Positions 12,841 through 25,902 are shown, counted from the stretch's first letter. The stretch is DNA of 64,000 bases from Octopus bimaculoides (GCF_001194135.2 NC_068984.1:135020842-135084841), one strand, 5' to 3'. Notes: a model not told the origin generated them from the sequence alone. Numbers and translations: made by a program.

Positions 12841-13263
12841 TCTTACTCTTTTACTTGTTTCAGTCATTTGACTGCGGCCATGCTGGAGCACCACCTTTAG
12901 TCGAGAAAATCGACCCCGAGACTTATTCTTTGTAAGCCTAGTACTTATTCTATCGGTCTCTTTTTGCCGAACCGCTAAGTTACGGGAACGTAAACACACT
13001 AGCATCGGTTGTCAAGCGATGGTGGGGGGACAAACACAGACACACAAACACACACATACACACACACACACATATATATATACATATACATACATATATA
13101 CGACGGGCTACTTTCAGTTTCCGTCTACCAAATCCACTGACAAGGCTTTGGTCGGCCCAAGGCTATAGTAGAAGACACTTGCCCAAGGTGCTACGCAGTG
13201 GGACTGAACCCGGAACCATGTGGTTGGTAAGCAAGCTACTTACCACACAGCCACTCCTGCGCC
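12841..13263 (-). mobile_element. tRNA-derived SINE family A, full-length young copy
   Basis: Head GGCGCAGGAGTGGCTGTGTGGTAAG..GGTTCAGTCCC, then CORE-like ACCTTGGGCAAGTG, internal (TA)/(TG) tract and short tandem tail. High identity to 33381-33772. Confidence 0.9.
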
Positions 13264-14154
13264 TGTTTAAAATTTAAATATTGTAATTATGAGATTCTGC
13301 CTGCTGGATAAATTGTAGATATATGAGTTTTATCACTGAATATTCAGCAAAAAATAAAAATAATGTGGCTGACTCGTCAATGGGAGTTAAATCCATATGC
13401 GCAAGCCAGGGCGAGACCTCATGTATTGTATAAGGCTCGCAATTACCCAGGAATGCATCATTTCATTTTACTGTGTACCGGTGTTGTTTAAGAAGACACT
13501 ACCGATTTAAAGCCGCTAGTTTGGGCCCAGCATCGTTGCTGGCGTTGTAGTACGAGATCAAAGAGCCGGTGCACGTACCTTATGACGCCCTGACTATCTC
13601 AGTCCTTTGCCATAAATTTGTACATTTTGATCGACCACGGCAAAAGGAAAAGCCAAGTTCGCCGTGCAGGGGTTTGAATTCTGAGTCCAGAGTGTCCGAG
13701 AAAATAAGGTTGTGGCATTGAAACCGAAGCTCCTTTGGCCATAGGCCATTAAATGCAAACATTAGTTGCATCTATTATCTGTTATTGGTTTCAGTCATTC
13801 GATTCGGGCCATGATAGAAATAGCCGTTAAGAAGGCTATATGGTCATGTTCGTGTGACATTTTTATAGTGTACTGTAAAATTATTATTATTTTATATATA
13901 TTAGGATATATTAGGGAGATGTACTTGCATAGCAAGTGACATGATCTCAGATCGTGTGCTAAAAATAAAAACAAATGCAGAGTGGAAAGTGTTTATAAGC
14001 CACTTAAGAACACGTCAGTGAACAGATCGCGGTTTCAAAGCGAGGAAAATATATTGACAGAAATTAAATTTAAATGTTGAAATGAATCTAACGGTTTTTT
14101 GTGTGTTTTTAAATGCCTTATAAACACCTTCCACTCTGCAATTGTTTTATTTAC

Positions 14155-14194
<40 letters not shown>

Positions 14195-14942
14195 GAGTGA
14201 ATAGACAAACGAAAAAAGGGCACTCATCACACTTATTGGGAGTTACATGTATAGATCAAAATAAATTGATTCAGAGACTGAATCAAATTGCTTTGATCTA
14301 TCTATCTATCTATCTATCTATCCATCTATCTATCTATCTATCTATTGGAATGGTGTCTTTCAGCTTCCGTCAACGAAATTCACTCACAAAGCATCTATAG
14401 GAGAGCGGACTTACCGAGGTTGCCTTGAAATGGCACCGAACTCTGGAATACGTGTTTAGAAAGCAACCTTCTTAGAAAATAAACACATCAAGGTTTCAAC
14501 ATAGTAATCGAATAAGTAGTGGCACAAGTAAAGCATTGAGTAAAGACATTTCAAAGAAATATAATTACCGTTGCAATAAAGTGAAATCAATAAGGTCAAT
14601 GGCTTATGTTAATCAAAGGGAGACATCTTTAAAACTTTAATTAATTTAAAATAGAATTAGAGCGCAATGGTGATGGGGGATAAAAAAAATTGTTAAAGGA
14701 CTATTATTATTTTAATCTGTTATTTGGAACGCAAGGTGTCACCTCTCGGGGAGTCTGAATCTTATTAAAATTTCTACTTAAAACAGTAGGTTTGTTTTTC
14801 GTTGCTTGCCAGCTGAAGTGAGGAAAGATCATTATATAGGTGAGAGGAATTATACATAATTTAGTGTGACATTTATGAAATGTTTAACGATTTCTTAAGG
14901 ACAACGTATATTCTACAGTAGCTACTACAAGACTTAATATAG

Positions 14943-15839
14943 CAATCTGAGTCACAATAGGGTGCTGCATTCACCACTGTGGGATCATGGTTTCAGTTCT
15001 TAATCTGAGTAGTGATTGTGTTCTTGACAAAAACATTCTATCTTTTGTTGATTTGAGATCCCATCGACACCTAACGCGTGAAACACTGTTCATCTGTTCG
15101 GGCAACGCCGATTTGACGGGGGAAGTGAACTAACGTACAACACATACAGATGATCGCTATAAGCAAGTCATTTATACTGGTCATTCGGCCAAAATTACAT
15201 CGTCTACGACGGGGGAGTTCGTATAATACATAAATACATACACACACACATACATACATACATATATATANNNNNNNNNNNNNNNNNNNNNNNNNNNNNN
15301 NNNNNNNNNNNNNNNNNNNNNNNNNNNNNNNNNNNNNNNNNNNNNNNNNNNNNNNNNNNNNNNNNNNNNNNNNNNNNNNNNNNNNNNNNNNNNNNNNNNN
15401 NNNNNNNNNNNNNNNNNNNNTATATATATAAATTAGAAATAATACATTTCTAAATCTCTCAGAGAGACTTAAGCAGTAGTGATGCGATAAAATAGTTGTA
15501 TACTGCCAACTTAACGTGACAGTCCCAATAAGGGAATATAGTACTGCTATTTAGCCCTAGGAAGATGGACGGCTTCCTGTCGGCCTTGACACATTTCCTG
15601 TGTCCTTATGTTTGCGAGGGGGTGACAAACTCCTCCACCCAGCCTAGCCTGCATTGAGGGACATGTTTCTGAGTCTTTGCTCGTCATCACCCTGAGGTAG
15701 CACGACCACAACCAGCTGGTCACAATCTGAGTCACAATAGGGAGCTGCATTCACCACTGTGGCATCATGGCTTCAGTTCCTAATCTGAGTAGTCATTGTG
15801 TTCTTGACAAAGACATTCCATCTTATGTTGCTTTGAGAT
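14943..15839 (+). repeat. local 117-bp direct duplication (14943-15059 and 15723-15839)
   Basis: Copies 780 bp apart, ungapped, 9 mismatches counted by eye. Both contain TTGTGTTCTTGACAAA(A/G)ACATT, resembling a decayed family-C SINE core. Confidence 0.9.
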
Positions 15840-16009
15840 TACATCGAAGGGTGCTGAAAGTTTCTTGGCTTTAATGTTATCCCGAAAGACTTGGGTAGAC
15901 AAACCGAAGGACCGCTATCATAAGTGTGTGAATGTGAGAAGGGAGGATGTTGAGTAAAATTATAACTACTGTATTTTCTTTTACTCAAAGCCAGGTACTT
16001 TTCGGCACA

Positions 16010-16070
16010 ATATGTATTGAATTTATTCGTATATGTATTGAATTTATTCGTATGTGTATTGAATTTATTC
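16010..16070. repeat. 21-bp minisatellite, ~3 units
   Basis: ATATGTATTGAATTTATTCGT x2 plus ATGTGTATTGAATTTATTC. Confidence 0.9.
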
Positions 16071-18169
16071 AGATTGCCATTTCCATAAAAGCAGAAAATA
16101 TAAGAACATCAATTCTTCAAAAAGTCACTGAGTGTATGTTATTCCATTTCAAAGCCAAGAATAGTAAACTGCCATGAAGTTAATTTGGATACAGTGGCTT
16201 TGCATCGTGCCAGTCGATGCAATTTTTCAACAATGAATTAAGAACTATTTAATATATTCATTTAAAAAAATTTTTTTTACGAATAACTGTATTTCCCAGG
16301 AGATTGAATTTGACTAATTTCTCTACTGTGTAATGTTCGTACAGAGCGAATAAACGAAAATGCGTGTTCATTCGATTCATATTTCTGAAATGGAAGCTAA
16401 ATAGAAAAAAAGATGTCATAACAGTTTAAGTGGTGCAGTCAGAAGGAAGCAGATTTGTTCCGTATTAGTAAATAATAATGCAGACATAGAAGAATAGATT
16501 TTAAATCGCATTCAAGGAGATAAATCTAACCTTTCGGACAGAGTTGCTCAGCCAGACGATCGTTATTTTAATATCATGAAAGTAAAGGAGAAAGTCATAA
16601 ATACATGCTCAGCCTCATACTCTACTGCTCCTCTATTACTATTATCATTAAGATTTGACTGGGTCTCAGTGATTAATAGAATACCATGATTCCTAGATTG
16701 AGCGCACTCATGCCTTTTGTTTACATTGTGTAATGAAGGAATTGCGACCTGTATTATCGTAGAAAATCCTTAACCCAATATATTGTAGTTTAAGTTTGTC
16801 TTCGTAAACCAATAAGGTCATCACGGTAATATTGATTATTCCACTTGAGGGAATAATAATTATCCCTCCTATTGAGGTGATATTTATTTCAGTTGCTTTA
16901 ATTGACCACAGTACATTTCCCGTTTTTATCTTTTCATTTAATTTTAAACTGAGACGTCGAGAGACAACATTCACTTAGATTTATGTGCTATTACTGTAAT
17001 TTCATTGCCTTTCATATTCTGTAACGGAACTCAGAGTCTTTGGTTGGAAGGAATACAAAAAATTCTGTCATTTATTCAGTCGAGCTAACGAATATCAAAT
17101 ACTTGTCATTTTCTAAATTAATTTTCGGTCACATCGTGGTATTAATAATATCTTATAAATAATATATTCTTAATACGAAACTCTTATCTATCTAATCCTA
17201 AATGGGGAAAATCTCATCTTCTGAAGTACTTTCTCACTGAATAATATTCTACAAAATGTGTTACTGAAACAAAGATGTAAACAATTGCTAACCGAATGTT
17301 AGATTCTGTTTGCGTGATATTTTGCATTGCGTTATTCCAGAAGCATATGACATGAGGCTTGGCTTGTGACCCCAAACGCACCAAGTAATTACTATTTATT
17401 TGAACAAAACACAAAGATTAGATATTACGTGCGAAAAAGCATTTACAAGTAATCACCCATAATTCTACTGGATCGGGTTCATAAAATTCATTTAACGTCA
17501 AGATGGCGTTCGCAGTTCCCCACTCTAGTTCATTTTTGAAGTTCATTTTTAACAGCTATTGCGAAAATGTAAATCATTGAGATACCGTCCGAGGGTTTGG
17601 TTTCAGAAATATGTTAAAATATTTGAATTGAAATCAATTACTGCCATACTGCCATTATTTATATTAGCCACAATGCAAATAAAAGCGGGATAAATATCCC
17701 ATTTTATTGTATTTTTTCAGATGTTTATTAAAGAAAAACCCTCAACCAGTTGCTAACATTTTATAATTTTCTGAATGGTGTCTATTAATTATTCAATGAT
17801 GTGGCGCCATGCGCATGTCTTCGTTCAGCTAATGTTTGTTAAAAGTCTACTGCAAGCCTTATGTCACTTACTCAAACCGTAATTTACACCCCAAATAGGC
17901 AATCAATAAAAATCGATTAACAGAGTCACATGATGATAAAAATCTTCTATATGTGGCAACACGCATGTATTTTATGAATATATAAATTTTATGCGTGATG
18001 TATTTATATAATGATTTATTTTTATTAGTTAACCAGTAAATTGAGACATTTTGGGGTCTACGGCATTTACCCCCACCTCCTCCTTATATTGTATATGTTA
18101 TTTTTGCAGTTGTTGCTCCCGCAATATCACGCTTGATATGTTAGACACAGGAACCGTTTTTCATTTTAC

Positions 18170-18318
18170 CTGTAAGATATTTTGCTGTTCTCATCGCTGC
18201 CGCCGCCGCCACCTCCGCCACCGCCGCCACCTCCGCCACCGCCGCCACCGCCGCCGTTGTTGTTTTTGTTGCAGTTGTTCTTTATGTGTTCCTCGTATTG
18301 AGTAACACCTCCTGTCAT
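18170..18318 (-). CDS. candidate coding exon (poly-Gly, MTGGVTQYEEHIKNNCNKNNN-G19-SDENSKISY), product unknown
   Basis: GC-rich GGN repeat with varied third positions. ATG at 18318. The frame ends at a canonical donor TACAG|GTAAAA (exon end 18170). No homology recognised; could be UTR or a non-coding simple repeat. Confidence 0.3.
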
Positions 18319-18563
18319 CGCAGTAATTTCCTCCCATCGTAATAACAACAAGTGAAATAATCACGTGAACTATGAGAAACAATATTGGAAATTGGTTGGG
18401 TGATTTATATAGCAGTAATCATATTTTATTACCAGGATCTGTTCAGGTTTTAGTGGGAAACAGATAAACGTCAGATAAATTAATTCATAACTGAGAGAGC
18501 TTCGTCTTGATTTATACACGACACTTCTTAGACATCAACACACACGCACTCTCACACACACAC

Positions 18564-18600
<37 letters not shown>

Positions 18601-19018
18601 CACAGCCCCACGCATCTACACAAATACACGTATGCGTGTGTATTCCTTACATTGACTTTACCCTTTCTGTGTTTTTAATATACTCACGAGTGCAGGCGCG
18701 CACACGCCCATACGTACGCTTGCACATACATATGCCAGTTACGCGTCTGTATGTGTATTTCTATGTGTGACTCTGTGTAAAACATTGATACATGTTCATA
18801 GTTACAATAAATCGTCAGAGTTCTTAGAGTGTCAGATAAAATATCATGATAAATAATTTGCCTTTAACCCTGCCAAGATCGATAAGACAATTACGGAGAT
18901 TGGGTGTTTAAAGATATGCATATATATACACACGCATATGTATATTTATATGTGTGTATGTGCGTGTGCGTATGTATATTTATATGTATATGTATGTATA
19001 TTTATATGTATATGTATG

Positions 19019-19055
<37 letters not shown>

Positions 19056-19074
19056 TACATGAAAGACTGAAGAT

Positions 19075-19320
19075 GGAATATGCGATAATTTATTATTAAT
19101 CACGACAATTGTTTCGATACATCTAGCATTGACACTCACGGGTGGCATACTTAACAACTGGATCAAGAGCATCCGGCGGTGCAGATGTGTCTCATCGGGT
19201 GATAAATAGACACAGCTCGTTAAAATACCAGTTATGCAATGTTTCTTCTCATTTCGTAGAATGAAAAGCATAAAAACGAAGGAGATATCGTCATTGACAT
19301 AAAAGAGCAAAGATAAAAGA
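19075..19320 (-). mobile_element. ~250-bp interspersed repeat carrying a hammerhead-like motif (Penelope pLTR/retrozyme-like), copy 1
   Basis: Colinear with 55100-55345 (shared GGAATATGCGA, TAATCACGA.AATTGTTT.GA.ACATCTAGCAT, GGTGCAGATG.GTCTC.TCG.GTGATAAATA). Confidence 0.75.
19099..19203 (-). ncRNA. type-I hammerhead ribozyme motif with U4C change and enlarged loop II
   Basis: ATCAC-CCGATGA-GACACATCT-[insert]-AGATGTATC-GAAA-C-AATT-GTC-GTGAT. Perfect 5-bp helix I, G10.1-C11.1 pair, GAAA, GUC triplet, palindromic ACAATTGT. One core deviation (CCGAUGA vs CUGAUGA). Confidence 0.65.
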
Positions 19321-19412
19321 TCAGAGTTGCAAAAAACGAACGAACACACAATACAGCAAGAAAAGTATTAAAAATTAACCGTTAACAAATATGTATGTAT
19401 GTATTCTTTTAC

Positions 19413-19603
19413 ATCCTGATCCAAATTGCGAAACAAACCGTCTTCGCATCGTCGTGGAGGTTTTCCAAGAGGTCTTTTCTGGGTTCATCTGTTGTCTCTG
19501 AAACGTGTGACATGTCCTGGCCGCGAATTGTTTTCCCCATGAGAGTTCCGGACCCCGTATTGAACTCATTTGCATACAGCCTTTTTCCCACAAACGGAAA
19601 TCT
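19413..19603 (-). CDS. candidate internal exon (RFPFVGKRLYANEFNTGSGTLMGKTIRGQDMSHVSETTDEPRKDLLENLHDDAKTVCFAIWIR), product unknown
   Basis: Repeat-free GC-enriched island. Possible acceptor CTGACTAG| at 19604 and donor GGAT|GTAAAA at 19413/19412; frame open between them (191 nt). A second minus frame is also open, so the frame is uncertain. Confidence 0.3.
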
Positions 19604-22600
19604 CTAGTCAGCATGAAGACAACTGGTGTGCAACCAATTGCAGCGTCCAGGGGAAATATGGTTGTGGTGGCAGAAATCGCATTTGTGATGGTAGACCGTT
19701 GACGGATATTTTGAAAAGTGTGAAAGCTAAGGTGCTATTCAGCTCTCAGATTATTCCTAGACACAAAGTCCAACATAGCATTCGTGAATGTGTTAAAAAA
19801 AAGGCATATCAGAATGGTTATAACGTTCACTCTGCAATCATAATGCTCTAGGTTCTATCTCATTATGCCTTTCCATAAAAAACTAAATCCTTATATCCCA
19901 ACAGCGGATCGGAAGAGGCATTGTGCGTGAAATTTGGCGTTTGGAATCTATATAGGAGACTATGAGATGACCTGTAATTCTAATTCAAAGAAACAGTCTT
20001 ATCTTAATGTCACACGTCTTCCGATCGGAGATAATGTTAAAGGTACAAGTGCCTGTCAAATACACATCCCACTTACATTATAATACGATAAATAAATTAT
20101 TTCCATTTATCTGACAACTCCAATTTCTCCATTTCCAACTACTATTTGTCAGATATTCAGTGAATCTACTTAAGGCCGTTCATATGATACTCAATTTGAC
20201 GGAGAGGTATACCTGTTTAGCAAATTCAATACACCACCAGTATAATGGGTAGTGGATTACGTAATGGTCACTTCAAACTATCTGGGACATTGTGAATTTT
20301 TTTAATGCTTGCTGTTATAAGGATTTACCCAAAATTGAAGTGATATATATTAAATTTTGCACTGCAAACTTGACAGTGGAAACCATTGCTTTTAATTGAT
20401 GATGTTCTTGGAGGGTTGATATTCTACATTACATTTATTCAACTTGTGGAAAGTAGGCAACGGTATTCCCTGATATATCGTATTGTCGATGATAAAACTA
20501 TTTTTATTCAGTTCAGGAGATCAGAGCCAGCGTTTTGGATTTAAACTTCGTGGTAACGCAAAATTACAATTATACACTTGCTACCAAAAATACATTCCAT
20601 TAAAAATGCTCTTTCTTTATTATTAGCAAAACCAGTTTTTCAGCAAAAGTAAATATTCAGACGTGATGTCATACTGAATGTTTAAACAAACTGAAACTGA
20701 CTAACATTCGATGTGTTTTTCGGGTCAACATTTACAATGAAATGTTTAAACGCTAGTATAATTGACAGTAAACCCATCTCGTTTACTCAGTCTAATACAT
20801 CTTTCTGACTCTCTTTCGCCTTCGCGCTAAATTTTTGTGTGTGTTTTGTCTGTCTGTTTGTCTCTCTGATTACTATATCATATATATCGAATAGGCAAAC
20901 TTGTCTATGTGAAAGCATTAAGAGCATTTGTGGTGTTTTTCGATGTTCCGCAACATGCATGGATAAGCATAATCCGAAGTAAAATAACGATGAATCAGTG
21001 ATGTGGCAGGATTTATTGTGGCTGACAATATATTTGTCAGATTATTGATAATTCAATAGCCAGGCAATATATATGTTATTAACAATTACACTTTACTTTT
21101 TCTCATACCATTTGCCAACGAAGGTATTAATGTCTGGCCTCTAAGTTACTGAGCAGAAGTAACTCAAACGTGATACTAATATAATATATAATAATAAATG
21201 TATTGTGTGACCTGCAATCTACTGATAGAAACAAGTGAAAATTTAAACAGACTTTTTATTTTTAGACAAAACGAGTTTGTATATACTCACGCATTATCAT
21301 GTCTATAAACCTGACATACAATAGGTGCAATTTACATTCGTCTCTGTGATGCTGCCTTGGTATCATAACTTATCATTTAGTCAATAAAACCGCTGTGTCC
21401 TCTGAGGTGTTTTATACAGTTTGACGCAATTTTGCCACGAACACACATAGTACATAGATAAACGCTTGGAGTCTTTTAACGTTAGGAAGATGATTCATGA
21501 ATTTGATACATTGCGAAATTTGTCGTTTCTACTTAAAATCACTTCTACTTCTATATTATATATATAGCCATATATTGATACTAATATTAATATGTACATA
21601 TGTACGCGTGTATATAAGTTTGTCTTAGTACGGGCCCGAACATCAAATGGCCGTTTCTAATATCAAACATCTTTGTTTTTCTCTGATGCAACACATCTAG
21701 TATTGAGTTGCGCTTCCTATATATTCGGATGGGATAGGTTGGACAATGTACAAAGATGGGGAATGACTGGTTAGCTAAGTAATTGTTTTATGGGAAGTTG
21801 CAATATGGTGAACTTCTAAGACATAAACATAGGAGAAGATTTAAGGATGTTGTCAGAAACAATCTTAAGTGTCTTAGACTGGGTCTTGGAAACTGGAAGT
21901 AGATGGCGGAAAATAGAACGCACATACATTCGCACACACAAACCCACACACACGCACGCACGCACACACAAACCCACACACACGNNNNNNNNNNNNNNNN
22001 NNNNNNNNNNNNNNNNNNNNNNNNNNNNNNNNNNNNNNNNNNNNNNNNNNNNNNNNNNNNNNNNNNNNNNNNNNNNNNNNNNNNNNNNNNNNNNNNNNNN
22101 NNNNNNNNNNNNNNNNNNNNNNNNNNNNNNNNNNNNNNNNNNNNNNNNNNNNNNACACACACGAACACACACCACTCAGACAGGCCCACGCAAAAATACA
22201 CACGCACACACACGCGCTGACACGCACCACTCAAACAGACGCACTCACACACACACACACACACACACACGAACACAAACGCACACACACGCATGCACAC
22301 ACACCACCCAAACACATGCACTCACTCATTCACACACACACACACACACAAGCATAATAACAAAAAATGTATATATAAAACGAGCCAAGTCATTTAAATG
22401 ATTATCAGAATTATCCCGCCTACCTTTGCACACAATATACCCATAATACATCTTTGATGTGTTTGTTCCACAGTGAACGTAGGCGGTGTGCATATCTGAT
22501 GAGCGAATCACATGTCAACGGTGCCATTATACAAAACTATTCATAGTGTTGATCTACTTCATTCTCCTATATCATTCTCTAACTACCAGTGATGAGAGTC

Positions 22601-24759
22601 GGCATCCTGCAGCTGTATATACGTTATCCGTGTATACACAAGCAAAAAAAAAAAAAGCTCAGACACACACACATTCACCCACATATATACGCAGACATAA
22701 TTGCGCTTGCGCATATCTGTTTGTGTCTGCGCTGATGTGATTATATTCCGTTGTAAAATGCTGCATCAAGCGTAGATAACTTGTGAATTTTACCTTAACT
22801 AATGGGAAGCAAACAATTATGGGTTAAGTATATCATTTGTTAAATAGTAATTGATAAAATGTATACTAGACTAATTTACAGCAGTCGATATAATGTGACG
22901 AAAAGCACTGACAGCGTTTCCCTGGCTCGGCTCTAGTACAATGAATGAAACCAGAATAACAATTAAAGTAAATATATATTCCCCTTGTGTACAAAACAAT
23001 TACATCTCCTACTTTTAACTAGAGTATATTATATGAGAGGATGCCGTACTCCTGTTAAAAATTAATGATATACACATTTATAAGAGTCGCTTTTGGCTTT
23101 TATCATATTAACTACAAATCGCTCTGTTCGACATGCGTAACCTAAAATATAATTAGGTAACAAGAAATACTCTGACAGTTTTTTTCGTAGATACGTATCG
23201 ACGTGACAAGATTAACATGGCTATTCTAATCTGTATGACGATAACTGCACTGAAGCAATGTCTGCTAATAAAGCGTGTCTTGTTATATAAACTTTGTATA
23301 ATAACATTTGTTGCGGAATAACATTACAGTTGATGTAAAACTTAAATAATGTCTGTCGTTTCGGAAATGAATATATGAAATTTAGATCAAGTTACTGAAA
23401 ACTTTAGGTAGTAATTATTCTCAAACATCAATAAGGCAGAACGAATCGACGATTAATATTTGCTATTTAGCTAAACAACAAAACAAAAACAATTTGTTTC
23501 TAATTGGTAAATTTTAACTTAGAGCCATAATAGTCGGGTGTACGCAATTACGCAATTAACATGTCTAGTTGTTAATATATGCTTTTGTAATTATAAATCT
23601 CACTTCAGTCAGTATATTTGATTGTTTGATATTTTTGTAGACTCGTATACGCTTACAGCTATATCCATTCCTAATATTTAGATAAAATCTAAGAATTACA
23701 TAAAATATCAACAGCATATATTTGAAAGAAAAATTACAAACAAAAAACGATAAATATATATCAGAAATTAGCAATCAGTAAACAAGCAATATTCATAGTT
23801 ATCAGTATTATTAAATATATAATTATTTTATTGATTGTTACTCTCCGGATTTTACGACAGTAATGTTGCCACTTATTTGAATATATAAACTTTCTTAAAT
23901 CTCTCACGAATATTAGATGTCATGTGTTCGAAAGTTCATAAATAATTGCAAAGTGAGGATTTATTGATTATCCTAAATCTGTTGGCTTAACAATTTCTTT
24001 GATGATGACGTCATCATCTCCTTTTGAACTGATGAATAATTATCATTAAAATAATGTTATTTTTGATTTAGTTCAACATATTTTATAAATTATTTTGTAT
24101 GATCTGGATCTAGAAATCTCATCAAATCACAAAATTAATTGCACTGAACGAGCTATTATGTTGTAATCACCTTTATCATAATTACTAGAGAATATATCAG
24201 AATTCTTTATCCGTAAGGTTTTCGTCTAACGATTTACTTTAACTAAATATGCAGCTCTACGCAGTGAGGATATCTAACGGTTGTCATATAAATACTGTTA
24301 TCAGGCATTCGTATGATAGTCTTTGCTTCAACTAAGAATTAAATCTAAATTATAGACTCAGGTTTGTCTGCAGAGTAACAAAGTTCGGAACATTCTTCAA
24401 TATTCCATAGTAGTATTCTCTTCTGATGCCAAATGTACAAACCAGGGAACAAGAATATTATTAGTTGTTGACTGTTTCATGCGCTAAAGATGAGAGAACG
24501 TTAGTTTAAAGCTCTGGAAATGATTATATATGAATTGTGCATTTGTTGCAAAAATTTATTTTAAAATAAATTTGGTTGAATTTACAAACCAGACATTTCT
24601 GATTAGCCCTATGCCATAGGATTAATCAGAGGATAAGAGATGATTAAAATTAACTTAATATTGAAGTACTTATTTCGTTAGTAAGAAATAGAGGCAAATT
24701 TGATGCGAGTGGGATTTCCAGACATATTATAAGAACGACGGCTTCATATCGTTTCTACA

Positions 24760-24901
24760 AGAGGCACAAAGTCTGACATTTCGGGGGAGGGACTAAACGA
24801 TTACACAAACCTCAGTACTTAATTAGTACTTATTTCATTGTTCCAGAAGCGATGAAAACATTTTGCTTCGCGTGCTCACGGTTCTACCAGCTCACCGCCT
24901 T
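24760..24901 (-). mobile_element. SINE family B, decayed copy with internal deletion
   Basis: Reverse complement begins AAGGCGGTGAGCTGGTAGAACCGTGAGCACGC, matching the head of 35671 and 42569. Confidence 0.6.
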
Positions 24902-25356
24902 AATCGAAACCCAGCACGGTTATTCTTTCTGTCAGTCTAGGATTCTATAAGAACCACGCATCTTCATTCTACTGAAAGCAGCCATCGTATTTGTCACTTT
25001 GCTTCCTGACAGCGCCTGACGTTTTTGCCATTGAAAAACTGTTTTAAATATTGTGGAAATCTTATTTTTTTGTATGGTAATTCATTTAATACTTTTCTTT
25101 GAATTTTATGAACTATATTATTCCTAATTAATTATTACACATCACTTCTGTCTTGTAGTATTCAGTAATCTTATGACACTTTCAGCTTACATACGCCCTC
25201 TAATCTGGTATATTTCTCTCAACATACAACATTTTCTTAATTGACATTTCTAGTCAGTTTGTTAGCTTTCACACCTGCAAGCGTCTACTCGTGCAGAACT
25301 GTACAAGCGCAAATGAATTAAATATTTCTCGCTCCCAAGTTAATTACACACACACA

Positions 25357-25425
<69 letters not shown>

Positions 25426-25844
25426 ATACACATACACACACACAAATACACAAACACACACATACACACAAACAAACAAGCAGCAGACACACAAACACGA
25501 ATATATTTTTCTTCTCTATATATTGATGTGCGCACCTACATGTGTGTGTGTGTGTGTACGACTGTATGTCTATGTAAGTGTACGTGTGTACGTATGCGTG
25601 TTTGAGCATGTGTGTCTGTAGGTTTGTCCATCATATTGAAAATATGTGTGTGTGTATGAGTTTGGTCTTTTTTTTAGTAACGAGGCTAGACTTTTACAAT
25701 TATTCTTTAGGTTAAGTGGCGAGCATCAGCATTTTACAATCTACTAACGTTTCAAGATATTCTAAATCATATGAATAAAATCATACAAGCGTGGTCTCTT
25801 CTTTACATGTTTTCCTCTAGTTAGAAGTACACTCACTTTTATCT

Positions 25845-25902
25845 TTTATTTATTTCAATCATTGGTCTGCAGCTATGCTGGGGCCACGCCTTGAAGGGAT
25901 TT

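Noticed and set aside
16708-16974. 88-aa minus ORF with a hydrophobic core
   Set aside because: GTG start, Ile-rich composition expected from AT-rich DNA, no recognised domain or splice signals.
18191-18382. Arg/Trp-rich ORF (RRWRRWRRW) resembling an antimicrobial or protamine-like peptide
   Set aside because: Alternative frame of the (GGC/GGT) repeat; no independent support.
19570-19851. DNWCATNC in a plus ORF, resembling a Cys-rich chitin-binding/LPMO C-terminal motif
   Set aside because: The remaining cysteine spacing does not fit, and it overlaps minus-strand frames with better splice signals.
21004-21021. TGGCAGGATTTATTGTGG matches the first 18 nt of the Agrobacterium T-DNA left border at 17/18
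   Set aside because: The mismatch is inside the conserved CAGGATATAT core, the remaining 7 nt do not match, and there is no vector or T-DNA sequence nearby. Treated as coincidence.
22496-22510. Exact CTGATGA cores here and at ~24036, ~44529, ~57712
   Set aside because: None has a helix II plus GAAA downstream; a 7-mer is expected by chance.
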